DNA of 63,856 bases, counting the filler, from Reclinomonas americana ATCC 50394 (lineage: Eukaryota), in the NCBI GenBank assembly GCA_048213135.1. It is 10 parts of 7 records of this genome, joined end to end, with 100 filler letters (N's around TTAATTAATTAA, not from the genome) between each part and the next. Parts side by side here need not be neighbours in the genome. Positions count along the whole stretch, not along the records: positions 46,468 to 58,388 come from PS015936.1; positions 58,489 to 60,330 come from PS015937.1; positions 60,431 to 62,311 come from PS015937.1; positions 62,412 to 63,856 come from AFZH01016210.1; 6 more parts are not named here. The stretch is one strand, 5' to 3'. The first letter of the stretch is position 1, and the number at the start of each line of letters is the position of its first letter. The position numbers were made by a program, and so were the translations under genes. Positions 51,301 through 63,856 of the stretch are shown in pieces. Under the pieces are notes generated by a model, which saw nothing but the letters and a program-made list of their open reading frames with translations, had not been told where the DNA came from and did not search any database.

Positions 51301-54300
51301 CCAGGTGGTCAGTGGCGTGCTATCTGTGCCCCGGTCGGCGCAGCAGTCGTGGTCGACGTTGCGACTCTTTGAGAGTGACCTCGAACACGACGTGTCGGAT
51401 GATCGCGTGTTTCTGTTTGAGATGATTCGCGGTACGGGTCGAGGCGGTGAATTCTTCGACGCTGTGCAGCGGGCGGCATCCAGCAGTCGCACTGGAGCGG
51501 CGTCGGTGTTGAAGAACGAGCCAATAGGTTGGTTCTGCGCATTGAGAAGGAAGACTTGGCTTTTGACACTCTCTCTTTGCGCAGTGGACGAATGTGTACG
51601 CACTCTCTTTGCGTGCTTTGTCAAGCACAGTGGTCTGTTGCCGCAATGTCGTCGGTATCCTCCGACTGCCGACGCTGCTGTTATCGAGTGCTTTACGAGA
51701 GCGGACAAGGTGCGTGATGCAGTCTGGTTTTCTGTGACCCAAGTAACTTATCCTTTCCTTTCCCAATTGCACAGCTCCGACGGACTCTGCTGCAACAGTT
51801 GCGTGACGCAGAGACGTGGCGATCCAGTGTTCTGTCGTACTCACGCTGGTGTTGCGGTGCAGGCGCCAGGTGGTGTGTCACCGCCTCCAGTGCACGCCGA
51901 ATCAGGCGCTGCATGTCGTGTGCGAGTCATTCCTGGACCGCATGCTTCTTGTCCTCGACATTCGGCTGCATCCTTCGCTGGCCGCGAGCAAGAGACCATC
52001 CACTGCTTCATCGGTGCGGTTGATTCGGGGAAAGTGGAGGGAAATGACGAGATGTCTGACAAGGTCTCCCTCTGTAGTTGGCAGCTTCGGGTGGTCTCTT
52101 TGTGGGATTGGTGACGCTGGTGGCCAAGGCGGCTCTGCTGACTCCGCGACGCCAGGTTTCGTGCATTCTTTCTGTGACTGTGTTGACGCCACTCGCAAGC
52201 TCTTCCTCTTCCTCTTCTCACTGTTTGTATGACAGTCTGCGTCTGTGTCGCATCTCTCTGTATTCTTCACTGCATCCGTTGTCTGCTGTCATTCCTTCTT
52301 CAGCTCATCCTCTCCGCGTCTGTCAATTCGTCGTTTCTGTGCGCGTTCTCCTCCCCTGCACCTTTGCTGTTTGCTCCTCCGCCTTCTGATCCGCGATCTC
52401 TTCCATCGCCGCCACCGTCGCCTATGCACATTCGCTTTCTGCTCCTTGCCTTCAAGATCTTCACTTCCTTGCCCCCGTATGCTTCATTTGTGCTTACTCC
52501 CCTCGGCCCTCATCCCATCCGCTTTTCGCTCTCCTTTTTCGCGTTTTATTTTATCCTCATCATTTTTCCTCCACCTCGTCCTCCATCTCTACTGCCGCCG
52601 CTTCCTGTCTTCTATTACCGTCCTCTTCTTCTTACCTCTTCTCTTTTTCCCTCTTCTTTGCCCTCTTCCCATTTACTTCCACTCTGTCCTCAATCCAGGC
52701 CGGTCCAAGCAGCACCCTGCAGCAACTGTTGCACAGTAACGCTGAATCTCTGCGCGAGCAACTGCGAGTGGAGATCTTTGAGTTTGTGTGCGACGATGCG
52801 CAGAACGTCGCTGTTATCCGCGACGATATGGAGCGGCGTGAGCGGCTGATTCGCGATCGTCTCTTTGTGTTGCGCACGACGTTGCCGTTCCTGCGAGCGT
52901 GCTCTTCTCTGTCACTCCCCGACGAGGCGATGAAGCCGACTGCACTGTTCGGCATGTGGTTGAGCCGTGCGCTGGCTGGCACGCACTACATGGCTGGCGA
53001 ACCGGTGAGACGCGCAGACTGTATGTTCTCTCTCTTTCTCTTCTGATTCCATCTCATTTGTTTCCGCTACCTGCGCAGCGCGTATCGGAGGCCGTCGCTG
53101 GCCAGCTCCAGCAGCGATTTCACGAATTGGTGCAAGAGTTGTACTTGATGTGGCCCGAGTCGCCGTTGAGCAGCTTGCTGCATGAGATGCTGTTGCGTGG
53201 CGGTGTGTCAGAGAGAGAAACAGGGAGAATCTGCGCTTCCTTACAGACTGTGATCACAGCGCACGCGCTTCCGATCGCCGAGCGGCTGGTGAGGCTCCTC
53301 CTCCAATGCTGCATCCTTGCCAGGCCGATTTGTTGTGCGTGCGCTGGCGGGCTGCGGATCTGCCGTTTCTTGCGAAGCTGCTTGGCGACGAACAGACCGG
53401 CTGGCGACGCCTCGCCGCTGTCCAGCCGCCGTGGCAACAGCAGCTCCTTCGCCAGTTGGTGGATAGTGGTGCACGAGTACCGTCATGGGCACTTGGTTGC
53501 GTTTGTTGTGCATGATTGAGAAAGTCTTTCCTTTGTGACTCACGCCTTGTCCGCGGCAGACGCCCTGCGAGGCGTACAGTGCCTCGGACTGGCGGTGCTT
53601 GTTCACTTGGCAGAGTCTGTACTGTCGGTGCTTCATGTGCGTCGATGCCGGCATCCACAAGACCAGCAGGCGGCCATGGCGCTTCTTGGGAGGCTCGCCG
53701 ACATTTGTGTCTCGGCGCCGCACGCGACAGTTGATGATCCATTCGTTTCCTTTTCGGTGTGTTGCCGTGATTGTGTGTGTACAAGCGTCATGTTGACACT
53801 CACTCACGCTTGCGCATGCAGTCGTCCCTCTTGTGGTCAATGGCACACTTTGCGTTCCAACCAATCGAGTCGGCGGCGCATGGCGACAGTGTCAGTCCGC
53901 CAGCCCTCACACTGTCGTCGCCTCCCCGCGCTCTCAACTTTCGTACCTTCCTTTTTGGCTCCCTGGCGTCCATGCCTCACGAAGGTTCATATCTGTGTGC
54001 GTATCGAAAGGTAGATGTGCCCTCTGACAGGATGTGTGTTTGTAGAGGTCGTCCGCCACCTGTGGCAGAGCGAGGCAGTGATTCGCTTGATGCATCCGAT
54101 TCGGCTCGGGTTGGAGCGGTGGGGTGCGAGGGTGGAGGATGCGGTGTGTCGATTTGCGGTGTTGCAGCGGTTGTTGCCGTATGGTGATCGTTGCGTGCCA
54201 CACGAGAGAGGGAGGAACAAGGGAAAGGAGGGGAGGGATAAGGGAAAGGAAGGGTGGGATAAGGGAAAGGAGGGGAGGGGAGGGAGAAGGGGAGGGAGGA

Positions 54301-57300
54301 AGAGAGGAAGGGGAGGGGAGGGGAACAGGAAGAGCAGGTACGGCTGAGAAATAGGGACAGAGAATGAGAGAGTGAGAGAGTAGAATAGGAACAGGACTGG
54401 AGGGGAGGGAAGAGAACAGGAAAGCAGGGGAGGGAGGAGGGCACGGAATGCAGACACAATTGAGAGATAATGAGAGAGAGAAAGTGAGAGAGTAGAGGAG
54501 AGAAGGAGCAGAGTGAATAGGATAAGTATGGGGCTAGCTGAAGGGAAGGAAGTGGGGGTGAAGAGCGGACAGAGAGGACGTGCTACCTGTCAGCGTGTGT
54601 TGATGTGTTTGTTGTGTGGGAGAAGAAAGAGACGTGACATTAATTTAGGTTAGCAAGTTGTATGTTTGCGGAATGGTAAGCAGCTGACGTTTAAGAAAAG
54701 AGCAGGGTGGCTGGTAGACAAAGGCAGGGTGAGTTGATATTGAATAACGAACAGCGTGGACCAATTGTGTGAGAAGGCAACTGACTGTGTGAGTGTGAGA
54801 GTGACAGAGGTAATGGAGGGGATGGGACAGAAGGGAAGGAGACATAAAGTGATGGTGGGAGAGAAGAACAAGATGTAGAGGTTGTGATTGTGCGTGTAAG
54901 AGTGAGAGAGAGTGTGTGGAAGGGAAGAGGGAGATAGGGATACAAGGGCAGGGAGAGAGATGTCAGAGAATTGAAGGATGGGCGAACAAGATCAACAATG
55001 GTGCTGTAGAGTGCGAGGGGAGGAAGAGCGAGCAGCAAGCCGCAGCAGAGACACATGTCGATGACTCTTGTTCACCCAATGTTATTGCACAGGTCCCCAA
55101 GTCGTCGCAGCTCTCGGAACTCAGTCTGTCGTCTACGCTCTCCTGCAATCGATCGACCGCGGTAGCTACGTCGATATGCTGGCTCGCGCTGCTCGTCAGG
55201 CCGACAATGTGTACATGGGCGATGTCGGCGGCGATGATGATGATCCATGTTGCGTCGCCGCTGATTGGAATCATCGAGGCTGCAGTCTGCTGATCTTCTG
55301 ATGCATTTGTTGCAGATCGCACCAACGACGAGCTGCTTATGCGCAGCCTGTGCTCTGCGCGCCTGCTGCGCTCACTGGCCACGCTGGAGCCGTGGAGACG
55401 CGAGGTTTGTCATTTGGTACTCATTCATTGGCAACAACGAGCATTGATTCACTTGCTATCCAACAAGGTGTGCGCCGCTGTGCTGGAGGCTGTGGAGACG
55501 ACGCGCGTGGAGAGTGCGTTGCGCAGCATTGCCAGTCGTCCCGACGGCAGTGACGCAGCGTCGATGCGCACCATTGCCGCGCTCTCTGCTGTGCTGGTGG
55601 CGTTTGGCGGTGAGGTGCCGTGGTGGCATGTGGGCGCGTGGGTGCAGCATGTGGAGTCCGGCATGCGGGGTGTACTGTTGGCGTTCGACTGGCCACATGG
55701 TGCGCGGGTGGTGTGGGCGGTGTCGCAGGAGGTGCGACGGGTGCCGCTGGCGCAGTTGAAGTTGGCGGAGGAGGAGGTGCGGCAAAGGGGAAGGGGGTGA
55801 AGGGGGAAGGGATGGGAGGGGGAGGGGAGAAAGAGGACAACAGGAGGAAAGGGTGAACTGGAACGAGTAGGCGGTATCAAAGGATTGATTGAGGAAGAAG
55901 AGAGTCAGCATGGGAACAAGTAGCAATGGAGAGGGGGGATACTGAATTGTAGTCGGAATGAGTGGCGCGAGTGCTAGAATGAGTGATATTGAATGGTCAG
56001 AATTTGGCAAGGGGAGAGAAGGTTCGAGTGAATGCCAACAAAAAACAGTTAGATGTGGGGTAGGATATTCATGAGGTCTCTGATGTGCAGCATCTTGCGA
56101 GAGTTTTGGTGGAATGGATCGAGAGAGGTGGCTGGCTGAGTAGAAAGCCAGAGCACCCCTGAGATGTGAACATCTCGGTCAACAGAGACAGCGAGACAAA
56201 TGATGCGGTAAACGCACGCACACACGCACACACACACGCACAGAGAGTGAGAGAGAGAGAGAGAACAGTGCATGGCTGAGTAGCACTCCTGAGATGTGTG
56301 AACATCTCGATGAACAGAGACAGCGAGACAAACTGAACAAGTGATGCGGTAAACGCACACACACACATACACACACGCGCACAGAGAGTGAGAGAGAGAG
56401 AACAGCGCATGTAGTGCGCAGACATCTCGATTGACATTGACAGAAAAGTCAGGATTGAGCTAATACAGAAGAGCGAAGCACTTTGAGGTGCGCAGATGTT
56501 TCGATTGACAGTGACAGAAAAGATAGAACTGAGCAAGTGATGCGCTTATCAGAGAGAAGGAGAGAAGCGCTTGAGGTACGCATAGAGGCTGAATAGCGAG
56601 TGATATGGTTAAGAGAAGGAAAACAATCAGCGATGCACCCCAACTGGTAGAGAGAGCGAGAGAAAGAGAGAGAGAGCGAGAAGCACTCAAGTTGCGCATT
56701 CATCCCTATTAACAGCCATCGCAAGATAGAATCGAGTGGGTGGTTGAGAGACGAAGGGTTGCACTCTTGACATGCATGCGCCCTCGATGAAGATCTTTTG
56801 AACAATGCATTGCAAGAGATATGAAGCCCTCCATCTTGCATCTGATCTGTCGATCGTTCCTGACACTCTACGCTCTTGGCAGGCGGCCAGCGCACTGGAG
56901 GATCTCGGCGAAGTCCGTGNNNNNNNNNNNNNNNNNNNNNNNNNNNNNNNNNNNNNNNNNNNNNNNNNNNNNNNNNNNNNNNNNNNNNNNNNNNNNNNNN
57001 NNNNNNNNNNNNNNNNNNNNNNNNNNNNNNNNNNNNNNNNNNNNNNNNNNNNNNNNNNNNNNNNNNNNNNNNNNNNNNNNNNNNNNNNNNNNNNNNNNNN
57101 NNNNNNNNNNNNNNNNNNNNNNNNNNNNNNNNNNNNNNNNNNNNNNNNNNNNNNNNNNNNNNNNNNNNNNNNNNNNNNNNNNNNNNNNNNNNNNNNNNNN
57201 NNNNNNNNNNNNNNNNNNNNNNNNNNNNNNNNNNNNNNNNNNNNNNNNNNNNNNNNNNNNNNNNNNNNNNNNNNNNNNNNNNNNNNNNNNNNNNNNNNNN

Positions 57301-60300
57301 NNNNNNNNNNNNNNNNNNNNNNNNNNNNNNNNNNNNNNNNNNNNNNNNNNNNNNNNNNNNNNNNNNNNNNNNNNNNNNNNNNNNNNNNNNNNNNNNNNNN
57401 NNNNNNNNNNNNNNNNNNNNNNNNNNNNNNNNNNNNNNNNNNNNNNNNNNNNNNNNNNNNNNNNNNNNNNNNNNNNNNNNNNNNNNNNNNNNNNNNNNNN
57501 NNNNNNNNNNNNNNNNNNNNNNNNNNNNNNNNNNNNNNNNNNNNNNNNNNNNNNNNNNNNNNNNNNNNNNNNNNNNNNNNNNNNNNNNNNNNNNNNNNNN
57601 NNNNNNNNNNNNNNNNNNNNNNNNNNNNNNNNNNNNNNNNNNNNNNNNNNNNNNNNNNNNNNNNNNNNNNNNNNNNNNNNNNNNNNNNNNNNNNNNNNNN
57701 NNNNNNNNNNNNNNNNNNNNNNNNNNNNNNNNNNNNNNNNNNNNNNNNNNNNNNNNNNNNNNNNNNNNNNNNNNNNNNNNNNNNNNNNNNNNNNNNNNNN
57801 NNNNNNNNNNNNNNNNNNNNNNNNNNNNNNNNNNNNNNNNNNNNNNNNNNNNNNNNNNNNNNNNNNNNNNNNNNNNNNNNNNNNNNNNNNNNNNNNNNNN
57901 NNNNNNGTGTTTCGGGTACTTGTACCACCCAGCGCGCACCGTGTCCACCTCGACCTCGGGCGCCACCAGTTGACCACGTCGACGCTCCGCCGCCAGCACG
58001 GGCCGGAAAGACATGCCACCGGCCTGCCCACCGGCCGGACTGGCCGTGACGCGACACCGTTGCAACAACTTGCCGAGCGCCATGCCCTCCAAGAACGATG
58101 CCGAGCCGGCCAGTGTCGTTTGCTGACGTGAAGCGAGTCGTACGAGAGCAGCGAGCGGCGGGACAACTGTCGGTAAAGAAGCAAGGTGAGTAACTGCGAT
58201 TGATGAACAGGGAATCTCAGCGATGCACGGACCACTGCGGCCATGCGATCCCTCCTGCGTAGCCTGCGTCAGCAGCCGAATGCTGCACGCAACCAAATGG
58301 CGCACGCGGAGGGCGAGTCGTGCAACCACCGCCGGCGACAAGCTGTCCATCCAGTTGATAATCAAGCAGCAGGTCGACAGCAGTGACANNNNNNNNNNNN
58401 NNNNNNNNNNNNNNNNNNNNNNNNNNNNNNNNTTAATTAATTAANNNNNNNNNNNNNNNNNNNNNNNNNNNNNNNNNNNNNNNNNNNNGAGAGTGGCATT
58501 CCGTGTACGCTCGAGGTTTGCGATGCAGTGAGGACGCGATTTTCTTTTTCCGTTGGTGCTGATTTCGTTGGTGTGCTGGTAGATTGACGAGGGCGACGAG
58601 GGCGACGGCGACAGCAGTGACGACGAGAGGCCGGGCAACGAGGCATGTGTGTGCACGCGTCGGTGTTAGCGTGGTGTGTTGTTTATGAGAGTGTGTTGCA
58701 CAGGATGCGGCGTCGGCCGTGAGCGGAGGAGATGAGGAAGAGGATGCTGGCGATGATGGCGATGACGACGATGGGGACGACGGCGAGGGGCGATGGATGG
58801 ACGATCGTGTGGATGGTGATGGGTTGTTCGAGGAGCAAGATGCATCGAGGGGGCGCAATCGTGGCCGCAACAAAGTGCAGGCGACTGGCGCGGATACCCT
58901 CCGCAGCGTCGGTGACGAGTTGAACGCGTCTCAGCAGTGGTCGTTGTTGGTGGTGCGTTGTGGAGTCAAGGGGATCGGTCCTTGTGTGCATCTCTCACTC
59001 GTATGCTGCGCTTGCAGTCAAGCTGGCAAGGGGCGCGAAAAGCCGATCGGTCTTTCGAGCTTGTCAGCGTCGACCCCGCGATTCCACGCCTGGTGTCGGC
59101 CTCTCATGAGCTGCGCAGCTTGGCGCCCACCGATAGTTGCGTGCACAGAGGGGGAAAGGAAGGAGCGAGATGGGGGAAAGGAAGGCACGCACACAACGAT
59201 CAAGGGTTGAGGGTGGAGGAGAGACGCTGATCACACGCACGCACCATTCAAGGGTTGAGGGTGGAGAGGGGACAATGATCAGACGCACGCACCGATCAAG
59301 GGTTGAGGGTGGAGGGAGCACTGCTTGTGCACACACACCGATCAAGGGTCAAGGGGTGGAGAGAGACACTGTACGCATACACATTGATCAAGGGTCGAGG
59401 GGTGGAGAGAGACACTGATTGCACACAAACACTGATCAAGGGTTGAGGGTGGACGAGAGACACTGATTGCAGATGCTCGGTCAAGGGTTGAGGGGTGGAG
59501 AGAGACACTGATCACACGCACACACCGATCAAGGGTTGAGGGTGGAGGAGAGACACTGATCACACGCACACACCGATCAAGGGTCAAGGGGTGGGGAGAG
59601 ACACTGATCGCACGCACTCACCGATCAAGGGTCAAGGGGTGGAGAAGAGACAGTGATCACACACGCAGCGGTCAAGGGTTAAGGTGGAGTGACACTGATC
59701 ACACACGCATCGGTCAAGGGCTGAGGGTGGAGAGAGACACTGATTGCACGCACACACCGATCAAGGGTTGAGGGTGGAGGATAGACACTGATCACACGCA
59801 CACCGATCAATGGTCAAGGGTGGAGGGAGACACTGATTGCACACGCATCGGTCAAGGGTTGAGGCGTGGAGAGGGAGACACTGGTGACACACAGACACCG
59901 TTCAAGGGTTGAGGGTGGAGAAGAGACAGTGATCCTACGCACACACCGTTCAAGGGTTGAGGGGTGGAGAGAGACACTGATTGCACGCACACACCAAGAG
60001 GGATGCAGTGTCTTGAGGATCAGTATTTTTCATTCTTGAATGAATCTGACAAAAATGGTGTGGCTCAGGTGGTGATTTCTTCGACGCGTTGATCACGGCT
60101 CGTGCTCGTGCTGCGATTCCGTCGGTGGTGATGCTGCTGGATGATCCAGCGAGTTTGGTGTCCACTCCAGCCATGTTGTCGCAAGTGAGCGCCGCCTTGT
60201 CGGAGGAGCCCGACACGCCGGAAGGTCTGTGGGCTGTGCATGGTGGCTAATTTTTCTTTGAGCTGGTGTTAACTTGGTTTGTAGATTTTGTCGTGCTCGC

Positions 60301-60330
60301 GCGACCACTTGTGCAGTGTGCCGGGAGGAA
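47711..60330 (+). CDS. Very large multi-exon helical protein, probably a HERC1/HERC2-like giant E3 ubiquitin ligase (partial)
   Basis: Frame-consistent spliced exons. The motifs VRTLFACFVKHSGL, EIFEFVCDDAQNVAVIRDDMERRERLIRDRL and AVLVAFGGEVPWWHVGAWVQHVESGMRGV...RRVPLAQLK resemble, from memory, inter-domain segments of HERC2-type proteins. No HECT or RCC1 domain is visible in the window. Confidence 0.5.
57907..58388 (-). CDS. Minus-strand coding fragment with one short intron, inside the span of the HERC-like gene
   Basis: An open frame of ~150 aa (…SPAVVARLALRVRHLVAC…VVPPLAALVRLASRQ…GWYKYPKH) contains an in-frame G|gtccgt…ctcac…cag| intron on the minus strand. Confidence 0.5.
59190..59995. 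repeat. ~40-45 bp G-run-rich intronic minisatellite, roughly 18-20 copies
   Basis: Unit cacaccgatcaagggttgagggtggagagagacactgatcacacg. Confidence 0.92.
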
Positions 60331-60539
60331 NNNNNNNNNNNNNNNNNNNNNNNNNNNNNNNNNNNNNNNNNNNNTTAATTAATTAANNNNNNNNNNNNNN
60401 NNNNNNNNNNNNNNNNNNNNNNNNNNNNNNCGGTGAAAAATGGAGGCCGTCTATCTCTCGGAGAGTACGTGCAATACGTAGGTGAGAAGCACCACTCGAC
60501 AACTCACGCGATCACTGCCGACAGATGTTGCTCCGGCAA

Positions 60540-60945
60540 ATTGTCCCCTGCATATAAGCGTCTACCGAACACCATGATCGTGGCTGCGACAGAGCATGGC
60601 TGCTTCATAACCGAACATGCTCGGTATCAGACGCCACTGTGGTAACAACGTCGCAGCGTTGCAATTGAAACTTCACGTTAGCGCACTGTAGACACAAAAA
60701 CACACGCGCGCAGCGCAGCGTCACGGTTACAGCAGACGATGCGGTAGAAAGTCGACATAAAATAATAATACGCAACAATGAGCATCTAGATCTGCTGTCC
60801 CCCGCATACAAGCGTCTACCGAACACCATGATATCATGATCGTGGCTGACATGGACACCAAACCATGATCGTGGCTGCATTGTAACCGAACATGCTCGGT
60901 ATCCGACGCCACTGTGATATCAACGTCGCAGCATTGAACGCGCAC
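60540..60945. repeat. Two-copy tandem duplication (~255 bp period)
   Basis: gtcccc.gcata.aagcgtctaccgaacaccatgat…aaccgaacatgctcggtatc.gacgccactgtg occurs at ~60543 and ~60797. Confidence 0.8.
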
Positions 60946-61577
60946 GTCATGGTCAGCGCACACAAAATACACGCACGTACAGCGTCACAGTTGCAGCATG
61001 CGCAAGTAAACTGTGCGTGTCATGAACAAGCGCTACATTGGTCATCAAGACAGCTGTTGCTTGTTTGTTGGTGAATGAATTGTTGTTGTCCCCGGTCCAC
61101 CGCTCTGTCGTGCAATAGCAGTACAACACTCGCGCGACTCCCACAACGTACACGCGCACACTAAAGCGGCCGTGACGGCATAGCCGTCAGGATCCTTGTC
61201 ACCAGTGTATGACGACGCGCTTGTGTGCGTGTCAGCTGCCATAGCAGTTCTTTGACCCGTGGCATACAGTTGCATGTTGTCGACTTGGACTCGTGCAGCC
61301 GAAAACAACCAAGACCTCAAATGTCACCAAGCTGCAACCTGTTTGTGCTAATCGAGCATTTCTCCCTCGGTTTTCTAACTTTGCGCACACCGACTTGCAA
61401 TCCGATTGCCGTTCTTGGGTCAGCGTGTTCCTCACAGCTCTCTCTTGATGTTCAGGACCAGATTTACACTCACCGCGGGAACAGCCGCTCCCTCAGCCGC
61501 CCCGGAAAATCCAAAACCAAATTCACCATCCAGTATTTCGACGGAATTAAGCTTTTTTGGACGAAACTCCTGAAAGC

Positions 61578-62140
61578 ATGAGTGGGGGCGAGAGCCCGCT
61601 GCTTCAGCCAGCGCTGCTGGTATGAGACGCACACGCACACACTCTCTCGCTCACAGACTCCTCCTCTCATCTGTCCACTGCAGATTGACACTCCGCAATA
61701 TGCATTGTGCTCCGGCATGATCACCAACACCAAGGACCGCGCCTTTCGTCTGCGCGCGGCCCTCGCCTTCACTGCCGCCTCTGTTGCGCCACCTTCTTTT
61801 GTGTGGGAGGAAGAGCGATGTGTGCGAGTGTCATTCTCATCATCATATCACGCAGGTCATTCTCGGCCTTCTCCTCGTGTTGTCTTCGGCGTCGCGATGG
61901 TGGCGCATCTTTGACTGGCCGCTGCTTGTCTCGGCGTTTACGTTCTTCTTTACACGCGCTACGTTGCGTCTGCATTGACCGAGTGAGGGAGAGAGTGCAT
62001 GTGTTTGTCTCACTCACTCCGTCTGCGGCGACAGCGGCACCTGAGGTATGATCCTCAACGGGAAGTGGGACCCCGATGGACAGGGGAAACGCCCGATTCC
62101 CGCTGAGCATGCGGCGTTTGGTGCGCGGGTCAAGTCCAAG
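61578..62140 (+). CDS. Possible short exons of an unidentified gene
   Basis: MSGGESPLLQPALL|gtatga…cag|IDTPQYALCSGMITNTKDRAF and MILNGKWDPDGQGKRPIPAEHAAFGARVKSK|gtgagg have splice-like boundaries. No family recognised. Confidence 0.3.
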
Positions 62141-62411
62141 GTGAGGATCGATTGCAATGCGCAGCCTTCATCTCTCGTGCCTGCTTTCGCTGTCTCTCGC
62201 GGTGCGCTCGCCTGCCTTCGCTCTCTCGCTGTGCGCTCGCCTGCCTTCGCTGTCTCTCGCTGTGCGCTCGCCTGCTTCGCTGTCTCTCGCTGTGCGCTCG
62301 CCTGCTTCGCTNNNNNNNNNNNNNNNNNNNNNNNNNNNNNNNNNNNNNNNNNNNNTTAATTAATTAANNNNNNNNNNNNNNNNNNNNNNNNNNNNNNNNN
62401 NNNNNNNNNNN

Positions 62412-63856
62412 GCAGGTAGTGCACGGTGCCCTGAGGGAAGAGGGAAGGGAGGGGTGGGTGGGGGGGGAGGGAAAGGGGGGAAGGGAAAAGGGGGAAGGGA
62501 AAGGGGGAGGAGACGAAAAGAGAAGAGATGTGATGAGGAGGGAGAGAAGAAAAGAGGGCAGGAGAGGAGAAGAAAAGAAGAACAAGAAAATTTCCAGTTT
62601 CAACGAAGCGGTGACAAAGAGATTTTCCCTCTCTCGCCCACATGCACACAAACACAAGACGCGTCACCAATACGAAAGCATGAAAGGTACAAACCAAGCA
62701 AACTTATAAACTCGCGACGAACACAAAGACAGCTTGCAGTTTGAAGGAGGCAGTGACACAAAGACTCCATCTCTAGCGCACACCACGAGCAAGAGAGACG
62801 GACATAAACACATACACAAGACGCACCAAATATACACGCACACAAGGAACAAGCCCAGCAACAAGAAACTTGCAGTTTCAAGGAAGCGGTGACAATGAGA
62901 CTTCACACGCACACACACACACACACACACGAGCGAGCGAGAGAGCAGAGAGAGAGAGAGAGAGAGAGAGAGACGCACATGCACACATACACAAGACGCA
63001 CAACAGTTAATACAAGGAACTAGCCCAGCAACAAGAAGACTTGCATTGAACGAAAAGACAACTTGCAGATTCAACGAAGCAGTAATAAAGAGACCACCTC
63101 TCTCACACAAACATGCACACAAACATAAGATGCACCACAAATGCGAAAGCATGCAAGGTACAAACCCAGCGTACTCATAAACTCGCAGAGAGCGACGAAC
63201 ACACAAAGACAGCTCGCAAAATAACAACAGAAGTGAATAAAACTCTCTCTCTCTCTCACACACACACACATACACACACACATTCACATAAACACTCTTG
63301 AAGACGTCACAACTAAGAAAGCATGAAAGGTACAAATCCAGCATACACAAAAACTCGCACACAGCCACGAACACAAATACAGCTTGCAAAAAGACAACAG
63401 CAGAAAAACTACTCTCTCTCTCTCTCCTTTTCCTGTCCCTCCCTCTCCCTTCCTCTCCCCCTTCCCCTTCACCCCCTTCCCCCTCTCCACCCTTCCCCCC
63501 CTCCCCCCCTTCCCCCTTCCCCTCTACGCACCGACACCGTATCCCCCGTCACCAACAACAACGAATCCTGCGGCAGCGGCTCGAGAATCCCGCGCCCGTA
63601 CTGCTCGATAAAGTAATTGTCGGAGCGATCGGCGTGCTGCCAGCGGTTGACGACCACCACCGAGCAAATGATGACGGCGACCACCACGAAAATAATGGAG
63701 GCCACCACGGCGGCCACCAACCGCGAATGCTCCTTCTTGATCTCCTCGGGCGAGGCGGCGGCCACGGTCGCCGCATCCTGCACGCTGCCAATGGGGAACA
63801 GGGCGCCCCACACGGCCGCCGAGCCGACGGCCGCAAGCAGCGACATGATCACGTTC
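62412..63856 (-). CDS. TMEM260: TMEM260 / DUF2723-type membrane glycosyltransferase (protein O-mannosyltransferase-like), partial
   Basis: Exon 63856-63532 has TM helices followed by NRWQHADRSDNYFIEQYGRGILEPLPQDSLLLVTGDTVS. It splices to GTVHYL (62430-62412), matching the DUF2723-family D.S.N…LP…LL..GD…Y motif. Confidence 0.75.

Noticed and set aside
61150..61581. CxxC-like text (DPCHQC) and the 61225-61581 ORF as a possible transposase or zinc finger
   Set aside because: The frames are interrupted by stops, and no catalytic motif, terminal repeats or target-site duplication are recognisable.
1..63856. Alternative genetic code or stop-codon reassignment
   Set aside because: The conserved exons I reconstructed have no in-frame stops, and TAA (GLO1, tomosyn-like, SBDS) and TGA (ARL13B, FN3) act as terminators. 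TAG usage was not tested.

Overview
This is an intron-rich eukaryotic draft assembly from a flagellated, protist-like organism that I could not identify. It has N gaps, artificial TTAATTAATTAA spacers and GA/CT microsatellite-rich long introns, so most six-frame ORFs are low-complexity noise and I built the gene models by splicing exons by hand. Genes, in order: 5' part of CFAP47 (-), head-to-head with ARL13B (+); a large many-exon coiled-coil gene (-) with seven tandem 63-nt exons; glyoxalase I (+) split into microexons; an FN3-repeat protein ending in RDEL (+); a tomosyn/Lgl-type WD40 + R-SNARE protein ending in a CaaX motif (+); SBDS with a long charge-block repeat tail (-); a very large HERC-like gene with a triplicated first exon (+); and a TMEM260-like fragment (-). 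The most striking signal is a recurrent atypical 5' splice-site class, |GTTGCG(T/C). It has 19 frame-consistent uses in six genes, lacks the usual +5 G, and mostly follows a non-G exon end. All gene identities come from recalled family motifs, not database searches.
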